Source of the DNA: Chrysomallon squamiferum
Taxonomy: Eukaryota > Animalia > Mollusca
Assembly (NCBI GenBank): GCA_012295275.1
Contig: CM022672.1
Span: 23,312,001 to 23,376,000, forward strand
Direction: 5' to 3'
DNA: 64,000 bases
Positions 1-12,983 of this stretch are shown piece by piece; position 1 is the stretch's first letter, and the number at the start of each line of letters is the position of its first letter. The position numbers were made by a program, and so were the translations under genes. The notes under the pieces are model-generated. The model was not told the origin of the DNA and did not search any database. It was given only the letters and a program-made list of their open reading frames with translations.

Positions 1-1974
1 AACTGTAATGTATTATACAAAGCGAAATTTCGAAATTATAAGAAAAGAAAAACCGTCGGGTTTTGGAAGAGATCTCTGATGAAGAAGTCTTTATGCCATT
101 TGCTATACTAATATATAATCTTCACGTCAAACTTTGTTATTTCTAACAACAGTATCAAAGAATATGTGTCATTAGTGCTTTGATCACAAATATATATATA
201 TAAACATGTAAAATGAACTTAACACTATTTCTTTTGGAAGCAAAATATTTATGAGAGGGTGACAAAGAAATGAACAGATGATTTAATTTTGACATATTAT
301 GTGATGTAAAAGGAAGTCTCTATTCCTCAGGGGAGCAGTGTTTAGTGTTTAGGAGTTTTCTAACTTTATTTAAACTTTAGGAAACTTAATCCTATTTAAA
401 AACTTAATATTTAAAGTAAACAGGAAACAGGATGCTCATTCAAAATGTCAAAAATTGTTCATAGATTAAAATATACCGGTCTATTTTATATATTTAAACC
501 AAATATTAGATTTGAGAATTTGGTTTGTGTCCAAACATATTACTTTAATGTGATGTACGGCCGATGATTTGTTTTTAAAGCACAAAGCACATTACCTATT
601 ATATAGACAGTATTAGATCACTGTGTATCAGCTAGAACTTTTAACAAGCAAATGCAGCGGAATGTCATTACAATCCAAAACGGTTATTACAATTGATCCG
701 AGAAACTAAATAGCTGCAAGAAATCCTGGGTATTTTTAGATATTCCTCATAAAAAAATAAAAAATAAAAAATAAATAAAAAATAAAAAATAAAAATAGGT
801 GTCATGACATGAAATAGTTAGTAGTTGTTATATAACTAATTAGGATGAATTTCAGACATCCTGTATTAAAGACTGTAGTTACTATATGGTCTTTTTACTC
901 CAGAAATTTACAATATTGTACAACCATTTTTCCCACTGCTTTAGGCAGTGCTTCACTAATGGTTTGACAGACTTCTACCTGTGTCCCTGGCGAGAACAGG
1001 ACATGGTGCTGGCTGGAATAATTCATTCTGTTATCACTTGTAGATATTAACACATTCATGTTGAAATGACGATAATTCCTGCAGCATTCATTTCAGTTTC
1101 CACTTACCTCCCTTCTTCGTATAACGATGACTTTGTTTTTCCGATAAACGACTATTGAGAGTGGATGGTACTCGGAATGGTATATAACTGATTATTAGAC
1201 TACATTATCGAGTTTATCACAGATAGTATGGGTTTAAAGTACGAAACATTTCAATATTAACTCGAATAAATTTGTGGATTGAAAGAAACAAACAACAACA
1301 ACAATACATCCACAACTACCACCACCACCGCCGCTGCTGCTGACGATGCTAACACATTGAGCGAATAAATATATATTTCCCATATGTCTAAAACACCATG
1401 CACAGCTAGAGACTTAAGCAAATGTTAAATGTAATTAAACGATTAAATTAAGAAAATATTACTGTAAATGAACTTAATACCGGCTGATTCAGTTTATTCA
1501 AATTATTTAATGTAAATTAAATTAATTTCAAATGCCAGTCTTGCTTTTTTCCGGTATAAAAGAGGTTCCGGACCATCAAAATTTACCACCAATACTACTG
1601 CTACTTCTACTTCTACTATTACTACTACTACTACTGCCACGACTACTGCAGCTACTGCTAATACTACTACTAGGACTAAGACTACTAATAACAGGAGTAA
1701 TATTGATAACAAAATAAATCAATCAATCAATCAAAAGCAACAACAACAACAAAAAAGAAACAATAAAAACAGTCGAATGTGCAAATTTTATTCGTAATTC
1801 GGAAATAAAAAGAAATTCCTTCAAAGTCCATGTCGATAGTCTTGGTGTGTTCTTCTATCTGATTGAAATTATAAATTAAATTAAATGAAGAAAGACAAAC
1901 ATATATGCACATAAACATACACACATTCATATCTACATGCATAAATAAACATATACATATATACATACATATAC

Positions 1975-2076
<102 letters not shown>

Positions 2077-2196
2077 GCAGAGATATAGTTAAATGGAAAT
2101 AAGAAAACTGAAAATTAATTATTCACATACCAATCGAGACAGATTAGTTTGAAATCAGTTTTATAACTTTACCTGTTAATCCATGCACAGTCAGCT

Positions 2197-2484
2197 CTAG
2201 CCGTAATGACCTCTGAAGCCCATGCCGTACATAGGATAGCTGTAGCCGTAGCCGTAGCCGTAGCCGAAACCCATGCCTGGGAAACCCATGCCCATGCCCA
2301 TGCCCATGCCCATCCCCATTCCCATGCCCATGCCCATTCCCATTCCCATGCCCATTCCATATCCTCCGTATCCTCCGTATCCTCCGTAACCAAGTCCGTG
2401 TCCATAACCCATACCATATCCATTCATATTATAAATGGCAGACGTCATGGACAGACAGGCTAGGACAAATATTACAACTTTCAT
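2197..2484 (-). CDS. Small secreted Gly/Tyr/Met-rich low-complexity protein (95 aa), probable extracellular structural or biomaterial protein
   Basis: ATG at 2484, TAG at 2197-2199. Hydrophobic signal-peptide-like start MKVVIFVLACLSMTSA, followed by GYG/GGY repeats, (GM)12 and a GY tail. The gene structure is visible on the minus strand: TATA at ~3580-3587, non-coding exon 1 ending 3515 (CAG|GTGAGT), acceptor TTTCAG| with exon 2 at 2493-2173 (donor CAG|GTAAAG), and a 3'UTR exon from 1858 (TCAATCAG|) with AATAAA at ~1787-1792. Confidence 0.85.
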   Translation of the reverse strand: MKVVIFVLACLSMTSAIYNMNGYGMGYGHGLGYGGYGGYGGYGMGMGMGMGMGMGMGMGMGMGMGMGFPGMGFGYGYGYGYSYPMYGMGFRGHYG

Positions 2485-3285
2485 TGTTTTGAACTGAAAT
2501 TGAAGTAACAGAATTTAATAAAACTCTTGTTGGCATAGAAATCTAATCAACATTATCTATTAGATAAAAGTGATATAATAAATAAAGTTTCTGTATTATT
2601 GAAATGATAGACTGCGTACAATAATGAAGAATCTAAGAAATTTATTCTATTATAGAAAGTAATAGAACGACTGCCTTAAATGAAATAAAGTTATAAAACA
2701 GCTGGATATTGAGATGGAATATAATAAGTATGTAGTATTAGAGAAATAAAGTGTTACAAAAAATTTAGTATTTTGAAATAAAATATAATGAAAGATTCCT
2801 AATATGAACTACAGAAAACTAAATCTTTCATGAATGAAAATTGCAGAATTCAGAAAAAGACATATATGATTCAATCTGAACAATTTATTATAAATATTGG
2901 TATAATCAATGAGCAAGAATATAACTTTAATACAGAAAAGTGGTACAAAAAACTTTAATAGTATTATCAGAGTTAATAATTCGGTATGAAACAAACAGAT
3001 CGACACTAAAATACAATCATCGTTCATTGTCCTGTTCGTTTGTTTTTATTCAAATTTTCTTAATATTAATTTAGAACAGTTTTGTTATTATAAAAATCGA
3101 AAGTCCCAAATGGTTTTAAACAAATTATGTTTGCTTGTTTATACTGTGTTGTATGTATTATACTAACTGAAAATGCTCTACTACATTAGAACCTTCCTTT
3201 AAAATATTTAATTATTTTTTTTCATAAAACTACCATAAAATTATCATCAGTCGAAAAACGAGATCACAAAGAAACCAACCAAAGG

Positions 3286-3320
<35 letters not shown>

Positions 3321-3514
3321 AAGAAAAAAAAAAAAAAAAGAACTAGTAAACTAACTTCAGAATGAATAAACGTAAAAACGAATCACTAATGACTGAACGA
3401 AGGAACAAACAAAACACCCCAAATGAAACAGAAAAACCACTAACGAATAAAACAAGTAATTTAACGTATTTATATATCAGCTGAAAGTGAAAATGAAAAG
3501 AACATTTGACTCAC

Positions 3515-3590
3515 CTGGGGTTGTTGCTGCCGAGGATGTGGCTGGAACTAAAAGTGTGATGGCGAATCCTCACCTCACATATTTATAGAA
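3515..3590 (-). promoter_or_regulatory. TATA box and short non-coding first exon of the GYM-rich gene
   Basis: Minus-strand TATAAATA at 3580-3587, an initiator-like ATCACACT about 25-30 nt downstream, and a consensus donor CAG|GTGAGT at 3515/3514. Confidence 0.6.
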
Positions 3591-5429
3591 AACAAGAGCT
3601 AGGTTTGATGGATAAATCTTCCTGTTCCGAGATGAAGCTGTCATGAATTACAAATACATCCCTATCCCCTGTTAAATTTCTCTTTACCCTTGGGCTTTTT
3701 AAGTTCAAGGTTAGTTTATTAACCGTAAAGTTCGTAAATACGTCACATTCATATAATTGTAAAGTATAAATCGAAACCTCTGAAAGAAAGGTCATTGATT
3801 TGAAACATAGCCTGAGCAGTTTATTTTCTATATATTAGTATTTGGGATATAATGTATATTTCATTATGCATGCATACATTAATTCATGCATATATACATT
3901 CATACATATATGCGTTCGTTCGTATGCTCGTACATGTATGCATATATAAATATATATATATATATATACGCACACACACATACCCATACATGCACAGGCA
4001 TATGAATACGCAAATGCATACCAACACAATTAGTTATGGATAAAGCTTTATCTAACACGAAGTAAAAGAGCAGAGATATTTTGTGGTGTCAGAATTGCAG
4101 AAATTATTAATTTTTTAAAATTAACAGAAAGGTTGATAGCCTCAGCCAGTATTTAATTAAAATAGTATTAACACCTGCATATTTTTACCTGAGGTGAAAC
4201 AGAAACGAATTTGTCAAACTGTTATGTACACTGAATGTACATCCAAACTACATCTGTCCTTAATGGAATGAATGTGTGTGTATGTTAATGTGAATAGGTA
4301 TGTGTATGTATGTGTGTCAGTGTATGTAAGTCATGTCTGTGGGGGTTACTGTAAGAAAGAGAGATAGATACATTACTGAAACTATTATTTCTATTTTACA
4401 AAACTATCATAAACCTTCATTAATGAGAAAATTAATAAAAAACGAATTCAGCAACAAATACTGTAATGTCAATGTAATAATAATAATTATTATTATCATT
4501 ATTATTTTATTTCATTTTTATTAAATTTGAATTTACATAATAAAGAAATGTATAATACATTAGTAACAATAAACGTCATATTCATTAAATACATAAATAC
4601 TGTTATATAATTAACTCTTTAGCTGTAAGTGAAGTGGGTAAAGTCTGAAAACAATCTTATAATAATAAAATAATTGTAATAAATAACGGCAAAAAATAAG
4701 ATGCTGAAGCTATCAAAAGAATAAATAAAATATCATACTGACATTAACAAATAAATATACTACCTTTATTTTATTTTTATTCAGTGTAAAATAATAAAGA
4801 ATATTTCACAACAATCTGCTAAGTAATAAATAAAGACAGAAGTAAATTGACATAAATATATGAATTAGCTGAATAAAACGAAAGCAATAAGGAGCAAAGC
4901 AAGGAAGCAAACAAACAAACAAACAAACAAATAAAAAACTTTATATTCATGTACTTATGTAAAACTATTTCGGTTTGGTAAAGATATTTTTCTGTTTAAA
5001 TAAATCGAATAGGCAATTTAAATTTCTCATTACTAACAGCATCATTTCTGTGAATTATTTAAAATTAATATCTCAGTTAAAATAAAATAAAATAAATAAT
5101 ATTGTAAACACATATAGAAATAAAAGAACATCACTTTGATTACATATATTTTTAATAATCATATAAATAATTTTTTTTTAAATCATTATAACAAAGTATT
5201 TAAAACAAAGATATTCATTATTATTTTTAATAAATATATCAATTTAACTTTATCTTAAACATTATCTGCAACATTAATAAATATATATATGTTTTTTATA
5301 ATTAAATAAATTTTACAAACATTTACATTTATTAAAATCATTATCGTAATGAACAGTATTGAACAAAGACATTAATTAATTTAGCGAAGACAATAGGAAA
5401 ATTAACCCGGTGAACTAAACTCAGGACCG

Positions 5430-5610
5430 TACACGGTTAACTCGGCACCATTCCGTTATCAAAACAAATCAATTACACACCACATTACCTCACTGATCTC
5501 TCGACCTAATCGTATCTACACCATTATCTCGTTAATCTAGTGGGCTAATCGGGTCTAGGAAATCTTGAAAATGAATCTGATTGAATTGTCCTAATCTATT
5601 CAAATACAGC
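5430..5610 (+). promoter_or_regulatory. Candidate G2/M-type promoter of cdc25 (Myb sites and CHR-like element)
   Basis: Locally higher-complexity island upstream of the ATG. It has Myb-type YAACNG sites in reverse orientation (CGGTTA 5434-5439, CCGTTA 5453-5458) and TTCAAA (reverse CHR TTTGAA) at 5599-5604. These motifs are short and could occur by chance. Confidence 0.35.
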
Positions 5611-5820
5611 CGAACCACTTTAAGTTGTAGTGGTATTTGAGTGAGTTCAGTCAAACTCTCGTTTATGCCAAATAAATTGTTTGATGCGCTGTACAATGTA
5701 TATATACCTACTTGTTCAGTAAGAAGTTCATTTCACATCTCTGTCTACTGTTAAAAGTATCTGATCCGTTGAAGGAAGCGTTACATTATAACTGTTTGGA
5801 AGGATTTGCTAAGTTAGAAA

Positions 5821-8800
5821 ATGGAAAGCTCGGTTGGGTTAGTATAATAAAGTTGTATGTAGAAAGGAATAATGGAATAAAATAACAGTGTATTTATCTA
5901 GTTGTAGATATAGATATATATAAATGTTATATGTTATATAACATATATATATATAGTTATATCTTCACTTTATGTAATTATTAATTATATACATTTATAT
6001 ATCATCTATATTATTATTTTAGATCAAACGAGATCAGCTTCACACCTCTACGAACAACATTCGCCAAGCTCAGTCTGAACAGCCTGTTTCAGAATTCACC
6101 AAAGCAGTACAGTTCATCGCTTCTCCTTTTCGATGAGGAATCACAAGACAGCGGTTTCGGTTCTCCTGGGGTAAGAATCTCCATGGTGTATATTTTGCAT
6201 TAGCATGTTTTTCTTTAGTTGAGCAGGGATACTTACCATTTCAGTAAAATCAAGAAAAACTGTTGTATGCTAACCTGTCAGTGGTGAAAGTGTTTTTTAC
6301 ACATTAATTTTTTTTTTTTTGCTGCATATTGTTCAATATTATTCATTGTGTGTATTATCGTGGGATTTCTTATTCATACTGGCGTTAAAGCTTCACATGT
6401 TAATGCATTACATAATAGTTTTCTTCGTAAATATTGCGAATACAAAATAATTGAAATTTTATGTTATTATTTAAAGTGCTGGACGAATTTTTGCTACTGT
6501 CTTTCTTTTTTCTATTTTGAAACCCATTCTCTTTCTTTAATACTTTCTTTTTTTCTTTAAATACATACACACAATGTATTTCTTTTCAAAAAGTCTGATA
6601 ACTGTTAATAAATATATTATTGTTATCAAATAAACTTAAATTTAATATTCCTTTTTTTTTAAATTTTAAGTCGCCCTTGGTCTCCATTGAATCGATTACT
6701 ACTGACACTGAGGTTTCCGTCCCAGTGGTGTCACACCGGGGACCCAGAAAAGCTTTATTCTCGTCCAAAAGGTCACGTGACGACCAAGAAGACGTTGAAG
6801 ATGGTTACACCCATAAAAGATCGAAAAGTATTGAAGAAGAGGTAAATATATATTGAATCGCAATTATGATAGATACTGAAATAAAGAAAGGAAAAAAAGA
6901 AGGAGAGAAGAAAGAAAAGAAAGAGAATTAAAACACTTGGAAGAAGTGTGTGTGTGTGGTTGTGGAGAAGATCATAAAAGCCATATGTAATTTCAGAAGA
7001 TAACATTTTTGTTTTTTTATTTTATCAGAATTTTCCTATAACGTTCTCGGATTCTTCAGAATCTCTGGTTTATGAGCAGAAAACGGAGTCGCACTTATGT
7101 AATGACGATGTGGTGAAGTCGGCAGTTGAAAAACTAGAACAAGAAGAAGATCTTATTGGCGATGGAAGTAGAGTAAGTTGTTTTCTTCTATTATTTTTTT
7201 TCCCCCGATTCTATAATAAAAGCATATTTTAAATATAGTAAAAAATCCAAATTTTTATACTTTTGCTTCACTGGTATATTCTGTATATTAAGCTTGATTC
7301 TAAATATTGAACGAAGATGGTACTTCCTTAAGGAATGTGGTGCTATGTGAGAGTAGGATAAGGCTTGGCATAAGCAGTTTTCGTTTTCATAATAATACGT
7401 ATGAGACTAAGTTCTCTGTAACATCATTAAGGTGAATAACAAACAGATGTCGCTAAGCAGGTATTCATTTTGTCAGAATAATATATTCTTATTGATTAAA
7501 CTAACAGTTCAAATCATGTGTATAAACATTCTGGTGCTTTTTGTTTCCAGTTCATTTTTTTTTCTTCAGTGCAGATTTGAATTACATTTCATTTTGATTT
7601 ATTTATTTATTTATTTATTTATTTATTCACTGAATATCTCTGCAGATTAGTTATACGTTTTGATTGTTTCATCTCTAATTTCGTATTTCACTGACAAATT
7701 TCGTCCATTACTTGCCATTTCTTTTGACTGTTCATGCGTACTTCTCTATATATTATTATCTCACTGTATACTTGGATGAATTAACATTTATTATTATTTA
7801 TTTTAGGGACATCTGCTGCCAACTACGGATGGTAAGAAAGCTGACCTCAAATATGTTTCGCCGTCTACTGTATCTCAACTTTTGGAAGGCAAATACAATG
7901 ACTTGATTTCCAGCTTTGAGATTATTGACTGCAGATACCCATACGAGTTTAACGGCGGACATATTGAGGTAAAAATATATTTCTGTTAATTTCGTACACC
8001 ATGTCGTCATTTACTTTATATACGTATATTTAAATAACCTTATTCATAATTTTAGATATTTATTTCATATTGGTAAACTGAGCATATACAGAAACAAACT
8101 ATAGGTTATAACTATATGACGAAATGTCTAAACCAAACTGGACTTTTTTTCCTTTGTAAACGCTTGTCATTTAGGTCTTCACTGTTATCACTTAATAAAA
8201 AACCATATGATAATAACATTATTCATTTTCTTGTAAACGTTATGACAGAGATTCATCTCAAGTAATTGTGGCTTTTGTAATAGTAATAGTTAGCTAGTAT
8301 AGGTATTGGTATTTTTCTTTCTTGACATGTTTTTCGTTCGGCAGCGAAATTTCACCCTTTGTGGTATCTTAATAATTATATTAGAAAAGATTAATCTCTA
8401 GAAAATAATAAAAAACAATATCCTGGAATAATAAAATATATGAGCAAGATTTACATACTAGTTAGTCTACGCTAACACGACTCAAATTATATGAATTATA
8501 TACATTTTTGTGATATAGACTTGCCATTCAGACCAGCTTTTTAAAGTTAAATAATGTTTTTGGAAACGGTATCACGAAGGATTTGCTTTGCGTAGATACT
8601 CCATTTTCTCGAACTGTGATTTAAATATAGATAAATCTTCTTAACTACTTATTATCTGCTAAAAAATAATAAATAATCAATTTGTGGTTTTATATGTACA
8701 CGCATGTAAATTTAGATAATAATGCACTGTAATAATAAAAGAAAACTTTGGAAAACTTACATCCTTGTTAATAGTTAGTCATATATGAATTTTATTTAAT

Positions 8801-9709
8801 TAGTGAATCTGCTTTTCACAGGGTGCTAAAAACATATACACAGAGAAAGAGATTGAAGAACTAGTGACATCATGCACTCCAAGTTTCCGTGATCGCCACA
8901 TTGTGATACTTCATTGCGAGTTTTCTTCAGAAAGAGGACCAAAAATGTATGTGTATTGATTAATTAAGATTATTAATTAAATTAATTAATTTATTATTAT
9001 TATTATTATCATTATTATTATTATTATTATTACTATTATTATTATTACTGGGAGTAGCAGTGGTAGTAAGCTTGTCTGAGAAGTAACATGAAAGCAAACA
9101 GAAAAATATGACTAGTTCATTTTAGAACATTTTATCAGTAACGAGTAACCAGTTATGCAAACTTAACTTCAAATAAAACAAATGTGCATATTATCAGGTA
9201 ACGGAGGTTCATGGGCTACTACGATTATAGTATTTATATTTTTAATATTGATTTTTCAGGCTTCGTCACTTGAGATCTATGGATCGTAAAGAAAACTGCA
9301 GTGTGTACCCCTCACTTTACTTCCCCGAGATCTACATCCTGAGTGGTGGATACAAAGCTTTCTATGAAAGCCACGTAGTAAGTAATAATAATAAAAATAC
9401 ATAAAAAATAACAAGAATTCGAAAGCACTTTACGACAGAAATCGTCTAATTATTATCATTAGTGTTTATGTGTGAAGGTTTTCATCCACTTTTAGATCTA
9501 AGTCTTTGTTTCTGTATCTGTGTTATTTGTATATGTAAATCCCTTGTATTTTTTAGGAACAATGCCAACCGATGAAATACACGCCTATGCTACATAAAGC
9601 CCACTCCGATGACTTGCGTCATTTTCGATCACGATCAAAATCTTGGACTGCCGGAGAAGGCACAACCAAACCACGTAGAAATAGAATTGAAAGTCTTTGC
9701 TTCGATTAG
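5821..9709 (+). CDS. cdc25: M-phase inducer phosphatase Cdc25 (string/twine family), 8 coding exons, 345 aa
   Basis: join(5821-5837, 6023-6170, 6671-6841, 7029-7172, 7807-7968, 8822-8946, 9260-9377, 9557-9709). All introns are GT-AG and phase-consistent. Diagnostic motifs: [28 protein letters not shown], catalytic [31 protein letters not shown]-terminal [11 protein letters not shown] and N-terminal DSGFGS. AATAAA near 10168-10177. Confidence 0.97.
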
Positions 9710-9860
9710 AGCAGTTAAGACCCGGTATTCACGACGTTCTTAGAACCTGTGTAAATGTATATTGGAATACATTCATCGTTACGCTTCTGCTATTCGGGAC
9801 TTCCAGACAATCGCCTCTGATGCATACGAAAATGGAGCAATCGCTCTTTAACTGGGAATC

Positions 9861-9864
<4 letters not shown>

Positions 9865-9910
<46 letters not shown>
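9865..9910. repeat. (TC)n microsatellite in the cdc25 3'UTR
   Basis: Pure TC run downstream of the stop codon. Confidence 0.95.
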
Positions 9911-9913
<3 letters not shown>

Positions 9914-11201
9914 ACTGTCTCCGTCTCCCTCTTGCTCTCTCACTCTTTCTCGTTCTGTGCTTATCTCTGTCTCGCTCTCTCTCACTATATATATATATGT
10001 CTTTCGGTTTTTCTTTTTGTCTATCTGTCGGTCTCTCTTTGTGTGTGTGACTGTATATTTGAATTTGTAGATATTTAATTTGTAAATAGACAATTCAAAC
10101 TGAAAAAAATGAATTTTGTATAAAATATTTTGTATATACGTGTCTAAAAAGTGCTACTGTCATAAGTAATAAATAAAATATAAAACAAATGACTGACTTT
10201 CTTTTTAATGAACCAGAAAATGTTAATGTGTTTATAATAATATATTTACCCTGTTATCAAAACAGAATACTGCTACTACTTTTACTCAACTACTTTTTTT
10301 TAAAACATTAATTCATTTTGTCGTCTATTGCGATCATATAAAAGAAAAAGATCTGCGCAGGTGTTATGTTATTTGAATCTCATTGGTGAGCATGAAGGTT
10401 TTTCTTCACGGACCTTCCCGTATACAGGAAACAGAAATCTGCTAAAATAAGAACTCGTCTTATTGGCATACTAATCATGCTTGACTTTTGCATCCATTGA
10501 AAGTTGAGATGATTTCATTTTGTGTTGTCGAGACAAAAAAGAATTAAGAAATCTGGATCCTATCGACCAAGACGAGCATGTTTTAATTCTGATAATAGCT
10601 AATGAATACATTGTTTTTGGTCCACGATCTTTTCATATGTGACAAATTATTCTGCAGAATAATCGATACCACTGCGAGATAAAGATTTCTTTGGTTTTTA
10701 TTGTAGGCGGGCATAAAAATTCAGCTGGGGGTGAAATAAATGCGTGCCATAATTCTTTGCTTTTAATGCGAATCCATACTAAATGCATTGTCTTATTAAT
10801 TAGAGTAAAAAGAAAATCATTTGTGAATTATTTACATATTACAAATAAGTTTTGCAGTTCTTATGCAATGAAACTGTTGCTCGTTTTTACCTTCTCTGAT
10901 TTGTATTGGAGCTAGTGGAGAACTTTAAGAATATGAGAGTTCGCTTTATAAATCATCTTTTACGGTGTTAAGCTGTTGATAACTATTATTTTTTTACTTC
11001 AGAACGAAACTTAGGGATAGCTATAATATTACAACAACGACGATGACGACGATAAGTTTTACAACAGTAACAACGACAGACTCAAAATGAACGAATGAAT
11101 GAATGAATAAAGAAAAAAAGTACAAAAAAAAGAAAAAAAAAAGAAAAATAGAGAAGTACTTGTATTCAGTTATAAATTATTGTATTTTTAACTAAAAAAT
11201 A

Positions 11202-11317
<116 letters not shown>

Positions 11318-11574
11318 ATGCTACTGCTAATAATAATAATCATCATCATAATAAGAAGAAAATTATTCTTATAATAAATCATAACTACTTAAGGTCATGT
11401 GTTACTACCAATAAATGTATTTTAGATGAATTATATTTCTGGACTGGACTCAGTAAAACAAATTGTTGTATTCAGTGCTGTATAAACAGAACAATATGTT
11501 TATTTAACACAGCAACTTGAACCAAGTTTATTGATCATAAAATAGATTTATTTTCAAATCATTTAGCGTAATAA

Positions 11575-11575
<1 letters not shown>

Positions 11576-11640
<65 letters not shown>

Positions 11641-11650
11641 TAATAATAAT
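11576..11650. repeat. (AAT)n microsatellite downstream of the Hog gene stop codon
   Basis: Trinucleotide run. Confidence 0.95.
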
Positions 11651-11732
11651 TATAAAAAAATAATTTAAAAAATGGAAGAAAAAAAAAAATGAAATAGGGT
11701 CTCAGAAATATTTTTTAATAACTTTTTATGGA

Positions 11733-12481
11733 TCAGGAACTATCATGAAGAAGAATCTGATAAATGTAGTCCGACATTGTCAAAATGGGACTCAAAACGC
11801 CTTCTTGCCAGGGCTGCAAAACCCACTGAAACCATCTAAATGGAGCCAGCATGAACTGGGCTACATCTTGTTTGAGAACATTTGCAAAGCAGGACGTAAG
11901 AATGTTGTTAATCACAATTGTTCCTGTTTCCGTCAGAGGAGAGTAGAAACCTGGAATACAGTTTAATATATATATATATATGTTATTCATCGTTGAAGGT
12001 TTATATCACAATTACAACAGCTATATAATAATAACAACAAATTTTGCTACTGCGTCTTCTGTTTTTGAGGCCTCTTCTGCTACTTCTGCTACTACTACTG
12101 CTGATCCTACTGTTACTACTACCGTTACTGATGTTGCTGCTAGCACGTCTTTTATTATTAGTGCTGATGTTACTTCTTCTACTACTACTGTTACATCTGA
12201 TGTTGTGCTTCTACTAGTTATAATTATAGTTTGCATTACCTTGTTTCTTAGAAAGGTAGGTGTGTACAACTCGTTCTGGACAGAGATCATCCGGGCAATT
12301 TTCTGTGTTGAATACATAATCACCAGGTTTAACAGATCTAGCAAATCTGAAGAAGGAAAATATTATAAAATAAATAACAGCACATCAAATTCTGTTGAGA
12401 TCTGGCTAATTTAGTCCGGCAGTAGATCAGAAGGAAACATGAATGAAAGGTCCTTTAGACTCCAAAACGAGGTTAAGCTAA

Positions 12482-12523
<42 letters not shown>

Positions 12524-12935
12524 CGAACTAACTATCTGAAGGACCTGAACAAAAATGTAGTCTATTTTTAAGATTTATTTTTAACTTAACTTAGTACATA
12601 AGATTATACTTGACTACGTTATTATGGAAAATACAAGATTGTCTCCTAACTATAATTGAGGATCATTGTATCCTGATTTCAGTGATATAAACTTCAAAGT
12701 TGTCAATCAAAATTATGAATTTTGTAATATTTAGGTCACGTTTTGCGCAAAATTACTATTTTGAACAAATCTCTATCTTAAAGGGCGCGAGACTGGATCT
12801 GACAAAGCTTATTTCATACAGATTATAGAGTGTGTTCCAAACAACAAATTTTTATTTTCATAACTCTGCAAAGTATATTTATATTGATATATAAAGCCAA
12901 AGTTGGTAATAAGATTCATATGCATTATATATAAT

Positions 12936-12983
<48 letters not shown>

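Noticed and set aside
2169-2463. Alternative-frame ORFs over the GYM gene (WAWE-rich 2169-2423 minus, HAHA-rich 2206-2463 plus)
   Set aside because: Shadow frames of the GGCATG hexamer repeat. Only the GYM frame has a signal peptide and matching splice and TATA context.
11980-12414. 144-aa Thr/Ser/Ala-rich plus-strand ORF resembling a mucin or membrane protein
   Set aside because: Derived from a degenerate (ACT/GCT)n intronic repeat and antisense to a real Hog exon.
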